Shown here piece after piece: positions 9,924 through 19,437 of a stretch of DNA of 64,000 nt. The first letter of the stretch is position 1. The number at the start of each line of letters is the position of its first letter. The stretch covers positions 96,001 to 160,000 of the forward strand of contig CBDCDZ010000004.1 of NCBI GenBank assembly GCA_965215565.1, read 5' to 3'. The position numbers and the translations under genes were made by a program. This DNA comes from Trueperaceae bacterium. Its GTDB lineage: Bacteria > Deinococcota > Deinococci > Deinococcales > Trueperaceae. The notes beneath the pieces are model-generated. The model worked only from the letters and a program-made list of their open reading frames with translations, searched no databases and was not told the DNA's origin.

Positions 9924-10676
9924 ATCAGCGTAGATTCGCAAGAAGGAAAAGTCGCCGTCGTCACAGGCGCGGCGGGCGGCATCGGCTCGTCCGTCACGAA
10001 GCGGCTGGCAGAGGCGGGTTACAGCGTTGTCTTAACGTACCGGAGTTCTCAGGAGGACGCGGAAGCGTTGGCTGAAAAGTTGCCGGGGGAGAATCACGCC
10101 GTCTTACCTCTTAGCGTGGGGGACAGCTCGAGCGCGAACTCCTTAGCCGAAGAGGTCAAAACTCGCTACGGCAGACTCGACCTCTTGGTGAATAACGCAG
10201 GCATGACCCGCTACGTTGCCCACGACGACCTGGACGGTTTAGACGACGAGCTTATCGACCAAGTGTTCCGCGTCAACTGGCGCGGCGCGTTCGCGTGTGT
10301 CCGTGCGTTTAAGGACTTGCTAATGGACGGTGACGGCGGTTTAGTCGTCAATATCTCATCCATCGCCGGAACGACGGGCGAAGGGAGCAACGTCGCCTAC
10401 TGCGCGTCGAAAGCAGCTCTCGATTCGATGACACGCTCGCTGGCGCGTGCTCTAGCGCCGCAGATTCGCGCCGTATCGGTTGCACCCGGGCTCGTCGAGG
10501 GCGACTACGCCAAGAAACTCGACCCCGAATGGCGGCAAGCGCAGATTGAGGACACCCCCCTTCGCCGCCTCGCCGAAGCGGAGGACGTAGCGAACGCCGT
10601 GCTCGCACTCGCCACCCTCTTACCTTTCACAACAGGAAACATCATCCACGTGGACGGCGGACGACCTCTTAGTTAG
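9924..10676 (+). CDS. SDR-family oxidoreductase (apparent ATC start)
   Basis: In-frame KVAVVTGAAGGIG upstream of the track ORF, NNAG, YCASK; GAGGTG RBS 5 nt before ATC at 9924. Confidence 0.88.
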   Translation: MSVDSQEGKVAVVTGAAGGIGSSVTKRLAEAGYSVVLTYRSSQEDAEALAEKLPGENHAVLPLSVGDSSSANSLAEEVKTRYGRLDLLVNNAGMTRYVAHDDLDGLDDELIDQVFRVNWRGAFACVRAFKDLLMDGDGGLVVNISSIAGTTGEGSNVAYCASKAALDSMTRSLARALAPQIRAVSVAPGLVEGDYAKKLDPEWRQAQIEDTPLRRLAEAEDVANAVLALATLLPFTTGNIIHVDGGRPLS

Positions 10677-10797
10677 GGCGGTGTACCACGTTTTGCGGAC
10701 GCAGTAAGACGACAACTGTAAAGAACGCAAGTCAGTCCTTGTGTAAGCACAAAACGGGACACCTTTTAGTCAGGTGTTGAGCAGTTAGGAGCTAAGT

Positions 10798-11994
10798 ATG
10801 AGCGACCAAAGCGCCCAAAACACGCAGAAGAAGTCGAAGAACCGTTCCTCAACCTCTTTAGTATCAAAAGGCGAAAAGTCCCTCTCGCCCTCCAAGATGC
10901 CCAGCGACTTCTCCATCTCGCTCGCAGCAAAGGGCGGCACCGACAACCTCCTCTACCCCACAGGTGAACGCCAACAGAGTATGCGCGGCTTCGAGGATAC
11001 GTATATCGACATCGTAGATTACATCGTCCGCATCACGCATAAAATCTGGGAGGAGAAGAGCGTCGGCTACATCTACGACACCTACGCGCACAACTCAAAA
11101 GTCACGGACGACTACGGCTTGCAGTATGGGCGCGACAAAATCGTGGCGGACACGCTCCACACGATTAACGCTTTTCCCGACGTGCGCCTCTTCGCCGATG
11201 AGATCGTTTGGGCGGGCGACGACGAGACGGGCTTTCGCACCTCGCACCGCTGCCTCATCATGGGGCACAACACGGGCTACAGCGTTTACGGTCCGCCGAC
11301 GGGACGCAAGGTGGCGGTCTGGTGCACCGCGGACTGCACCGTGAAAGAAAACGAAATCGTCGAGGAGTGGGTGATCTACAACAACTCGAGCCTCGTGACT
11401 CAACTCGGCTTGAACTTGCGCGAGCAGGCGCGGCGCTTGGGCAATGAGATGCAAGAGGACGTAAAAAACGGTCTAAACGATTTGGCGTTCGGCGAACCTG
11501 AAAGGCTTTTAGGACAGGGAAAACCGTCTCAGCTCGAGCCCCCCTCTGGCGCATTCGACGTAGACACCTTTCTACGCTACGCCTACCACACGGTCTGGAA
11601 CTGGCGAAAGCTCGACTTCATCAAAGAGGTCTACGCGCCCACCATGCGCTTCTTCGGTCCAACCGACCGCAAGCTCTACGGGCGCGGCGCGTACCAAACC
11701 TTCGTCCTCTCCCTCCTCGCTATGTTCCCCGATCTCTCCTTCAAGATTGACGACCTCTACTGGATGGGCAACGACGACGAGGGCTACTTGACCTCTTTGA
11801 GATGGAGCGTCGTCGGTACACACCGGGGTTACGGCGTCTACGGCAAACCGACGGGGCGGCGCGTGCACGTCTGGGGTGTCACGCAGCACGTGATTCGAGA
11901 GGGTGTGATTACGCAAGAGTGGATGCTCTTTAACGAGTTCGAGGTGATGCAGCAGCTTTTCCGGGATGAAGCGCTGAGTGAAATGGACGCTTAA
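10798..11994 (+). CDS. Tandem SnoaL-like (ester cyclase / NTF2 fold) protein 1
   Basis: Two repeats of AFPD...GHNTG/GTH.G...G.PTGR...EW. Confidence 0.82.
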   Translation: MSDQSAQNTQKKSKNRSSTSLVSKGEKSLSPSKMPSDFSISLAAKGGTDNLLYPTGERQQSMRGFEDTYIDIVDYIVRITHKIWEEKSVGYIYDTYAHNSKVTDDYGLQYGRDKIVADTLHTINAFPDVRLFADEIVWAGDDETGFRTSHRCLIMGHNTGYSVYGPPTGRKVAVWCTADCTVKENEIVEEWVIYNNSSLVTQLGLNLREQARRLGNEMQEDVKNGLNDLAFGEPERLLGQGKPSQLEPPSGAFDVDTFLRYAYHTVWNWRKLDFIKEVYAPTMRFFGPTDRKLYGRGAYQTFVLSLLAMFPDLSFKIDDLYWMGNDDEGYLTSLRWSVVGTHRGYGVYGKPTGRRVHVWGVTQHVIREGVITQEWMLFNEFEVMQQLFRDEALSEMDA

Positions 11995-12061
11995 CCGAGT
12001 AGCGAAGGTGGCGGAAAAGGGATCTATAAGGGGTTGATTTCTCAAATTAAAGTGCAAAAGG

Positions 12062-12255
12062 TAGCAGGTTACTTCGTAAAGCTCCGCGCAATCATCTGGT
12101 CAGCTTGGGCGAAGCCATTCCCGGAGGGAAACTTCGTAAGCGAAGCAACACTCTCACTAAAGAAACATCACTCTCACTAAAGAGAACATCGCTTAGCACG
12201 CACTTTCAGGGATGGTATCTGCGGAGAAGTGCAGCAACGATAAGTGGAACTGCTA
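12062..12255 (+). mobile_element. MITE-like family A copy with inserted modules
   Basis: TAGCAGGT[21-nt insert]ATCATCTGGTCAG[insert]...GGAACTGCTA. Confidence 0.75.
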
Positions 12256-12702
12256 AGGGTATAGGAAAGAGGACTCGAGCCTACCCCTCAGCAACTTCAG
12301 AACCGAGTATTACAACCCCAAAAAACGGGTGTATGTGGTCTAAGTGAATCATTACACTTGTTTTTGCAGTAACCTGAAGCACTATTCTCATAGACAAAGC
12401 CGCAAATGTGACGTAAGATGAAGCTGGGTTTGTAGGAGTGAGGGCTCGAGCGTCCGCTCGCTTCACAGCGTGAGTCTAAGGTGCAAGCTTGCAATGCAGA
12501 AGGATACAAACCGATATGGAGTTTATTTGCGCAATCTCTTCCCTAAATCATCACGCCCAATGAGCGAAAATCCAACTTTCGCTTCTGCAGTACATCCCAC
12601 AAAAAATAAATATCAATGTGGCATTTAACAGATGTATGTAGCAAACTGAATGCGGGCTACTAGACTAATACGGAAGTATAAATATTCAAGGAGTGGTATT
12701 TC

Positions 12703-13932
12703 ATGAAAGCCGACGAGGACACCCAGAAACAACCTGACCCCCATCACCAGCACGGGCATCACCAGCATGGGCATCATCAACATGGGCACTCTTCTTTTGA
12801 CGCGCGGTCCGTCCAGCCTGTATCCGACATGAGCAGCGCGGACATCAGCAAATTCATGGCGGGTTCACAAAAGGGTAAGTCGCACCCTCTCAAAGGTTTC
12901 GACGAGGACTATACTGACATTGTGGATTATATCGTTCGCAGCACCCATAAGATATGGGAAGAGAAGGGCATCGGGCTCATCTACACGCACTACCGCCACA
13001 ACGTCCTGATTCACACCTCAGACGGCATGACGTACGGGCGCGATAAGGTCATCGCCGACTCTATAAAGACGATGGCGGCATTTCCCGACGTGCGCCTCTA
13101 CGCCGACGATGTGATTTGGGCGGGCAACGACGAGGACGGCTTTCATTCCTCGCACCGCATCGTCTGGGTCGGGCACAATACGGGCTACAGCATCTACGGT
13201 CCACCCACCGGACGCAAGGTCGTGCGGCGCGGCGTCGCGCACTGTTTTGTCAAGGAAAACCGCATCATCGAGGAGTGGATTTCTAGGGATGAACTCGCGC
13301 TAGTCAGACAGCTCGGCTTCAATGAGTTCGACCTCGCCCGCAAGCACGCCGCGCAAGACGCCGCGAAGGGCATTAAAGGACCGGAGTCGCGTGCGCACGG
13401 CGAAGTCGAAAGGCTGTGGGGACAGAGTCCGCCCGAGTGGATGGAGCCCAAGCAGGGCGACGGCTTCGACGTCGAGGACTTCGTTGAGCGCAGCATCCAT
13501 GAAATCTGGAACTGGCGGCTGTTGGGGCGGGTGGGGCTGTACTACTCGAGAAACTATCTCTGCCACACCTCCACGAACCGCACGCTCTACGGCTTAGGCG
13601 ACTTCAAGGCGAATATCTTGGCGCTCCTAGCCGCCTTCCCCGACGCCGCCATGCGCGTCGACCACGTCTGCTGGCTCGGCAATGATGAGGAGGGCTACCG
13701 CGTCGCCACCCGCTGGACGCTGCAAGGCACCCACGACGGACCCGGCATGTACGGCGAGCCGACGGGTCAGCGCATCACGCTCATGGGCATCACGCACCAG
13801 GTGATTAAGGACGGCAAGTTCATCAAGGAGTGGACCGCGTTTGACGAATTTGCGCTCTTGAAGCAACTTTATTGGCCCAAGGATGAGTATGAGATGGAGC
13901 GGGCGTTGGGGCGGAGCGGGTTGCCGCTGTAG
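12703..13932 (+). CDS. Tandem SnoaL-like protein 2 with His-rich N-terminus
   Basis: Paralog of 10798-11994 (GF...Y.DIVDYIVR.THKIWEEK); (HHQHG)x3. Confidence 0.82.
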   Translation: MKADEDTQKQPDPHHQHGHHQHGHHQHGHSSFDARSVQPVSDMSSADISKFMAGSQKGKSHPLKGFDEDYTDIVDYIVRSTHKIWEEKGIGLIYTHYRHNVLIHTSDGMTYGRDKVIADSIKTMAAFPDVRLYADDVIWAGNDEDGFHSSHRIVWVGHNTGYSIYGPPTGRKVVRRGVAHCFVKENRIIEEWISRDELALVRQLGFNEFDLARKHAAQDAAKGIKGPESRAHGEVERLWGQSPPEWMEPKQGDGFDVEDFVERSIHEIWNWRLLGRVGLYYSRNYLCHTSTNRTLYGLGDFKANILALLAAFPDAAMRVDHVCWLGNDEEGYRVATRWTLQGTHDGPGMYGEPTGQRITLMGITHQVIKDGKFIKEWTAFDEFALLKQLYWPKDEYEMERALGRSGLPL

Positions 13933-14122
13933 AAGCAATTGCAAGAGGTCACAACTCTCTTGTGGCTGACAACCTGAGAAGACAAAAGGTAGAATAGGAA
14001 ACGCAGACGTTCGAGCTTCCCGTTCTACCTTTTACATTGTTTGTCTTACCCTTCGCCTCGAGTCAACTTGGACATAGCCTTTTAGACATAGCTCGAGTCC
14101 CTCACTGAGAGAGGAAACCACC

Positions 14123-15280
14123 ATGTCAAATCCAAACCAACCTTATGACGTGATCGTTATCGGCGTCGGTGGCATGGGCAGCGCCACCATCTATGAACTC
14201 GCTAAACGGGGGAAACGGGTGTTGGGGCTCGAGCGCTTCGACGTCCCCCACGACATGGGCTCCTCGCACGGCGTCAACCGCATCATCCGCTTAGCGTACT
14301 ATGAGGACCCCTCGTACGTACCGCTGATGAAGCGGGCGTATGAGCGCTGGCGCGAGTTGGAAGCGGACACGGGCGAGCAGATTTTGCACATCACGGGCTC
14401 GGTGGACGCGGGACCAGAGGATAACGAGGTCTTTAAGGGCTCGTATGAGTCGTGTCTCGAGCATGATATCCCCCACGAGGTTTTAGACCACCGCGAACTC
14501 CACGAACGTTTTCCCGGCTATCAGCTTCCAAGAGGTCACTACGCCTTATACCAAGAGGAGGGCGGCTTTCTGCTGTCGGAGCGGTGCATCGTCAACCACG
14601 TCGAGGCGGCGCTATCAAGAGGTGCAGAGGTGCAGGCGCGTGAGCAAGTCTTGGATTGGGAAACTAAGAGCGGTCACGTTACCGTGCGCACCGAGCGCGG
14701 CGCGTACGAAGCGGGCTCCCTCGTCATCACGGCGGGCGCGTGGGCGTCGCACCTTGTTCCAGGCTTGGGCAAGCGGGCGCAAGCGGAGCGGCAGGCGTTG
14801 GGCTGGTTTCAGCCGCATCAGCCCGAGCTGTTCTCACCCGAACGCTTCCCCGTCTTCAACCTCTTGGTGGATGAAGGGCGCTACTACGGCTTTCCGGTCT
14901 ACGGCGTGCCTGGCTTCAAAATCGGGCGTTACCATCACCTAGACGAACAAGTGAACCCCGATGAGGTGGATAGAGGTCTCTACGCCGCAGATGAAGAGGT
15001 CTTGCGCGACTGCGTGGCGAACTACTTCCCCGAAGCGAACGGTAGGGCGATGATGATGAAAACCTGCATGTTCACCAACAGCCCCGACGAGCACTTCATC
15101 ATCGGGACGCACCCCGAGCACGCCAACGTGAGCTTTGCGGCGGGCTTTTCGGGGCATGGGTACAAGTTTTGCAGCGTGGTGGGTGAGATGATGAGCGACT
15201 TGGCATTGCAAGGTGAGACGCCGCTGCCGATTGACCTCTTTGATCCGAAGCGGTATTTGGCAGCGGAGGAGGTAGTGTGA
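14123..15280 (+). CDS. Monomeric sarcosine oxidase / N-methyl-tryptophan oxidase family flavoprotein
   Basis: GVGGMG FAD motif, GSSHG..RIIR, CMFTNSPDEHF (covalent-FAD Cys region), GFSGHGYKF. Confidence 0.9.
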   Translation: MSNPNQPYDVIVIGVGGMGSATIYELAKRGKRVLGLERFDVPHDMGSSHGVNRIIRLAYYEDPSYVPLMKRAYERWRELEADTGEQILHITGSVDAGPEDNEVFKGSYESCLEHDIPHEVLDHRELHERFPGYQLPRGHYALYQEEGGFLLSERCIVNHVEAALSRGAEVQAREQVLDWETKSGHVTVRTERGAYEAGSLVITAGAWASHLVPGLGKRAQAERQALGWFQPHQPELFSPERFPVFNLLVDEGRYYGFPVYGVPGFKIGRYHHLDEQVNPDEVDRGLYAADEEVLRDCVANYFPEANGRAMMMKTCMFTNSPDEHFIIGTHPEHANVSFAAGFSGHGYKFCSVVGEMMSDLALQGETPLPIDLFDPKRYLAAEEVV

Positions 15281-15317
15281 TCACTTCGCCCCTTGAGCTT
15301 TGGAGTATGCTGTTAAT

Positions 15318-15518
15318 ATGAAAGTTCAAGTAACAAAAGAAGGCGTGACTATCCCTAAAGCCTTGCTTGAGGGCATCGACGCTGTTGAAATTCGCAAAGA
15401 GAACGATGTCATCACGGTTGTACCTCTTGCAGATGACCCTATTTTGGGACTCGGCAGTCAACCTGTTAAGGGCAACACCGCAGACGCCTCGGAGAATCAC
15501 GACGCTCACTTGTACTGA
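15318..15518 (+). CDS. AbrB/MazE-like antitoxin
   Basis: MKVQVTKEGVTIPK swapped-hairpin pattern; TGATG overlap with PIN gene; TATGCT -10 just upstream (leaderless). Confidence 0.75.
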   Translation: MKVQVTKEGVTIPKALLEGIDAVEIRKENDVITVVPLADDPILGLGSQPVKGNTADASENHDAHLY

Positions 15519-15937
15519 TGGAACCTGCTTTCATGGACACGGGTTATCTGTTGGCTTTGGAGCTAACGGATGATCAGCATCATCAAGCAGCGTCATCCCA
15601 CTGGAGTCAGATAAAAGCCGAATTACCACGTCTTGTAACGACCTCTTACGTTTTCGATGAGGTCGTTACGTTTTTCAATAGCCGAGGTTTACACGCTAAA
15701 GCGGTAGACGTAGGCAACCGACTTCTGAAAAGTCCTTCCGTTGATTTTATTCAGGTTGATAAAGAGCTTTTTGAAGTGGCTTGGCAGTACTTTCAAAGAC
15801 ACGAAGACAAAGCCTATTCGCTTACCGACTGTGTTTCTTTTGTCGTTATGAAACAGCGGGGTATTCGCACCGCTTTGGCATTCGATAAGCACTTTGTTCG
15901 GGCGGGGTTCGCTACGCTACCCAAAGATGAAGTCTAG
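15518..15937 (+). CDS. PIN-domain (VapC-like) toxin
   Basis: FMDT, DEVVT, YSLTDCVSF, AFDKHF acidic PIN residues. Confidence 0.9.
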   Translation: MEPAFMDTGYLLALELTDDQHHQAASSHWSQIKAELPRLVTTSYVFDEVVTFFNSRGLHAKAVDVGNRLLKSPSVDFIQVDKELFEVAWQYFQRHEDKAYSLTDCVSFVVMKQRGIRTALAFDKHFVRAGFATLPKDEV

Positions 15938-15997
15938 GAATGAAAGCTCGTTCCGATGCTTATAAACGCCGCCGCAAAAGGATAAGGAGGCATGAGG

Positions 15998-16168
15998 ATG
16001 AAGCAAAAGCAGAAGTTACCTGAAGGTTGGACCGAAGAGAGAATCAAGCGGGTGATTGACCACTACGAATCACAAACAGATGATGAAGCTATTGCTAAGG
16101 ACAAAGCGGCGTTTGCAGCCAAAGAAGAGCTTGTGCAAGTACCTATTGATGATGAGCATTTTTGCTGA
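15998..16168 (+). CDS. Small antitoxin-like hypothetical protein (56 aa)
   Basis: AAGGAGG RBS; MKQKQKLPEGWTEERIKRVIDHYESQTDDEAIAKD...; below ORF-track cutoff. Confidence 0.55.
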   Translation: MKQKQKLPEGWTEERIKRVIDHYESQTDDEAIAKDKAAFAAKEELVQVPIDDEHFC

Positions 16169-16177
16169 CAGAAAAAC

Positions 16178-16693
16178 TTACTCTAAATCCGCTTGTTGCT
16201 CGAGCAGATCACTGACGTATTCCCAAAGGTTGAATATCTCCAGCCTGGTTTCGAAATATTCCTCCGTAACGTTGTCGTGTTTGAGCGATAACAAAATAGT
16301 TTGAGCTGCTTGCATCTCATGTCTCAAGGCGTTGAGAGCCTTGATTCTAGCCAAATCTTCTTTACTCTTAGACGTTTCGACCATCTCAACGAGGGAGTTG
16401 GAAAGGTCTATAAGCTCCCGAGAAATTTCTCGGTAATCGTTTAGCAACTCTTCAACTTGCTGAGATTCATCGGGCGGAAGTTGATCGAGAGTGAGTGTTT
16501 GATACTCTTCTGTACTAAAGTGTCTCCTGATCTTCAAGAAGAGCGAATTGGCTCGAGCTGTGAAAAATATACCATTGAGCGTTTGTCGCTCGAGCTTGAG
16601 CAAAGTAAGTTGTGTGTCGCTTAGCTGGGCAAAGCTGGCAGAAGATAGAAAAATCGACGCAAGACACAAAATAGTAACCGATAGCTTTTTCAC
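16178..16693 (-). CDS. Hypothetical secreted helical protein, low GC
   Basis: GAGGAGG RBS, signal peptide MKKLSVTILCLASIFLSSASFA-Q. Confidence 0.65.
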   Translation of the reverse strand: MKKLSVTILCLASIFLSSASFAQLSDTQLTLLKLERQTLNGIFFTARANSLFLKIRRHFSTEEYQTLTLDQLPPDESQQVEELLNDYREISRELIDLSNSLVEMVETSKSKEDLARIKALNALRHEMQAAQTILLSLKHDNVTEEYFETRLEIFNLWEYVSDLLEQQADLE

Positions 16694-16799
16694 TTCTAAC
16701 AGCCTCCTCGGGGTTGCATTGCATCAACCTTAACTCCGCTTTCCACCGTGTCCTATTGAAAAATTTACTGCGAAGATTGCTAGCTGGTAACACTCAAGA

Positions 16800-16863
16800 A
16801 ACCGAACTTGAAACTTGCTCAAACCTGCAAGAGGCAGTTGAACTCGTACTCGAGGCGAACTAA
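16800..16863 (+). pseudogene. HicB-like antitoxin C-terminal remnant
   Basis: Translates to ...NLQEAVELVLEAN*, resembling the HicB helix; no start. Confidence 0.45.
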
Positions 16864-17151
16864 ACCCTTGCAAACCCCCAAGCAAGTATGTTCTAATTTT
16901 CCGATACCACTTTTTAAGCGGTAGCACTTATTCAGAGTAACCGAGGGACTTGGACCTGTGACGTTGCAGCAACCAGCTTTCATGTAAGCGGGTGCTTCAT
17001 CTAACTTTGCTGTCCAAGCATGGCTGACATTAAAGCTGGAATTTCTTCGTGGTAGACAATTCATTCGTTAGCTGGTACAATCTTTGAGCTTAAACCGGGC
17101 TACGTTTCCAATAGGCAACCCGGTTTTCGCGCATCGGATACGTTAATCCTT

Positions 17152-17238
17152 GCCGGGATGGCGGAATCGGTAGACGCAACAGACTTAAAATCTGTCGGGC
17201 GAAAGCCTGTGCGGGTTCAAGTCCCGCTCTCGGCACCA
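17152..17238 (+). tRNA. tRNA-Leu(TAA)
   Basis: GCCGGGA/TCTCGGC acceptor stem, ACAGA-CTTAAAA-TCTGT anticodon arm, long variable arm, GGTTCAAGTCC, encoded CCA. Confidence 0.97.
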
Positions 17239-17258
17239 CGTCAGGGATGTGAAAAGGT

Positions 17259-17297
17259 GAGGAAAACGGCGAGCTTTAGAAGCTCGCCGTTTTCCTC
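17259..17297. terminator. Hairpin terminator after tRNA
   Basis: GAGGAAAACGGCGAGCTT-TAG-AAGCTCGCCGTTTTCCTC perfect stem. Confidence 0.75.
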
Positions 17298-17395
17298 GCT
17301 TGTGCGCCGCTTGTATGCCCAACCTTTCGCTACGTGCCTCTCGGCGGTGTGCCTACTTTGCTACTTCACGTTAGGGGAATCGACGACAGGCGTAT

Positions 17396-17570
17396 TAGCA
17401 GGTATCATCTGGTCGGAGACGCTCTCACTATACGAAGCACCGTTTAGCATACACATTCTGAGATGATACCCTTGCCGGTTATGAAATTTTTGCGGATGCG
17501 AAAGGCAAAACTTCGTCCCTACGGGCTTTCAGAAAGCGACATTTTGTCTCAGTGTTTTGTGGAACTGCTA
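17396..17570 (+). mobile_element. MITE-like family A copy with a central insert
   Basis: TAGCAGGTATCATCTGGTC...GTGGAACTGCTA. Confidence 0.75.
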
Positions 17571-17763
17571 TGTGAAGTGAGCTGTCTTGTGGTGAGGGTG
17601 CTGTCCAAAGCAAAAAAGGCTATAGGGGTGTATCTTCGCCCACGACTTCAGAACGCCCTTGACCTCGGTGCAGTGGCGGCGCGGAACTCTGGGTGGCGCT
17701 GCCCAAGCTCGGCGTCAGCGTTTAGTCGAAGAATGAGGTTGAGGCGTTAGCCTAACTTAGCGC

Positions 17764-18708
17764 TTAAAAGAACGACCTAACGCTCAGGTTGAAGGTGAGT
17801 ACCGTCGCCACTTCGCTGAAGCGTCCGCCTAAACTCGCAGCGAGTTCTTGCTCACCTAGCACGGTGTAGTTGAGGGTCGGGCTGAATTCAGCACCGCTGT
17901 TTGGAAAACCGATGCGAGCATCTATTGCTAGGCTCGAGTCCGCGTCTTGTAGCAGGGTGAGTTGCCCCGCCACACGCGCTGCTGCCGGACCCAAGTCGGG
18001 CGCTAAAGCGTCGGGCTCTAAGGGTGCGTACGCGCCTTCTAAAGTCCAAAGCCTGTCGCCTAAGTAGCCCGTTACGCCAAGCGCGCCCCGCGCGTCCACA
18101 GGATTTGTAAGCAGCCACCCTTCACCGTACACGACCAGCTCGCCAACCGAACCGCTGCCGCCTAAGCCTGCAACGAAACGGTCTTGGTATAGGGCTGTCG
18201 CTTCTAACTCAAACGCTCCAAAAGTCCGCCGCACGTTGATAAGTGGGATTACGCTGTCTCTGTAGAAGACTGCGCCGCGCACCCGGTAGTTCTCTGGAAA
18301 CCAAACAGCGCGCACCCCAGGCACGCCCAGTCGCACCCCTCTTTCGTTGATCTCCTCGACTGTGAAGGGCAAGGTGGCGCGGGCGTACTCGAGCGCCAAA
18401 CGTTCGCGCCCCGCGCTTAGTTCAACGTCTCCGAAAGAGGTCCGCGCGTAAAGCTCGGTCAGCCCCGGCTCCGCTGTAACCTCTTCGCTGAAGCGGAGGC
18501 TCGGGTCTAGCTCGAGATTAAACGTCACAGGCTCCAAGCGGTAGTCCGCTTCGACGTGCGCCGCCACCGTCCAGCCAACTTGCTCGTCTGAGCCGAGGAC
18601 GACAGTGGCGTCCTCGGCAACCTCTAGCTCACCTCTATAGTTGAGTTGCGCAAAGGATAAAGAAGGGGTGAGCAAAGCGAACATAAAGATAAGGGCGGCG
18701 TACCTCAT
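17764..18708 (-). CDS. Putative outer-membrane beta-barrel protein of a LolA-like/ABC locus
   Basis: Signal peptide, alternating beta-strand pattern, C-terminal Phe. Confidence 0.6.
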   Translation of the reverse strand: MRYAALIFMFALLTPSLSFAQLNYRGELEVAEDATVVLGSDEQVGWTVAAHVEADYRLEPVTFNLELDPSLRFSEEVTAEPGLTELYARTSFGDVELSAGRERLALEYARATLPFTVEEINERGVRLGVPGVRAVWFPENYRVRGAVFYRDSVIPLINVRRTFGAFELEATALYQDRFVAGLGGSGSVGELVVYGEGWLLTNPVDARGALGVTGYLGDRLWTLEGAYAPLEPDALAPDLGPAAARVAGQLTLLQDADSSLAIDARIGFPNSGAEFSPTLNYTVLGEQELAASLGGRFSEVATVLTFNLSVRSFF

Positions 18709-19149
18709 GCCGCTTGCAACGCCCCCTCGCGCAAGACGCGCCCGTCCTCCATGTTCACCGTGCGCTTCACATGGTCCAAGAGCCTCGGGTCGTGCGTCGA
18801 GAACACAAACGTCACGCCCTCATCTTCGTTCAGACGCTTCATCAACTCGATGAGGTCGCCCCCTGATTTGCTGTCTAGGTTCGCGGTAGGCTCGTCTGCT
18901 AGGATGATGTCAGGTTTAGCGGCGAACGCCCGCGCCACCGCCACGCGCTGCTGCTGACCGCCCGAAAGTTGGTTGGGGCGGCGGTCTGCAAACTCCTCCA
19001 TGCCGAGGGCTTTAAGTGACTCTAAGGCTTTAGCCTCCCGCTTCTTCTTGTCCACGCCTTGGAGTTCCAACACGAACGCGGCGTTCTCTAAGGCAGTCAG
19101 CACCGGGATGAGGTTGTAGGCTTGGAAGACGAACCCGAGTTTGTCCAGC
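18705..19149 (-). pseudogene. LolD/MacB-type ABC ATPase lacking the N-terminus (no Walker A)
   Basis: LGFVFQAYNL, LSGGQQQRV, LADEPT, STHD present; GxxGxGKS absent. Confidence 0.85.
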
Positions 19150-19383
19150 GTCCCTGGGTGGTGCAATCACCCTGGTCAAGCCTTGCTCCTCCCCTTCGCT
19201 GTAGATGCGCATGGTGTAGGTGTCCTCTTCGTCCGGACGGATGACTTGCATGTTCAGCGTCGCCGCTTGTGACTCGCCGCGCAGGTTGTTCACGATGGTG
19301 CCCAAGATGCTGCTCGCGTCCTCTTGGGCGTGAGCGAAGCCAAGCGTGAGTAAAAGGGTGAGGGTTGTGAGTACGAATTTCAT
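19141..19383 (-). pseudogene. LolA-like outer-membrane lipoprotein-sorting protein, N-terminal fragment
   Basis: AAGGAG RBS, signal peptide, ...RVIAPPRDAGQ then switches into ATPase sequence. Confidence 0.75.
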
Positions 19384-19437
19384 GTGTTCTCCTTTTAGAG
19401 AAGTAAGAAGTGGGAAAAAAGGTTCTTGCTCCTGCTC

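Noticed and set aside
12270..12690. AT-rich stretch with short ORFs (12105, 12281, 12297)
   Set aside because: No recognisable motifs or RBS; could be a decayed foreign gene but not supportable
10798..13932. Polyketide biosynthetic cluster based on SnoaL domains
   Set aside because: No PKS, ACP or tailoring core; the importer and LacI indicate catabolism
17152..17300. Integrative element at tRNA-Leu; ORFs 17158..17466 and 17463..17750
   Set aside because: No integrase and no duplicated tRNA 3' end seen; the ORFs overlap the tRNA, terminator and MITE
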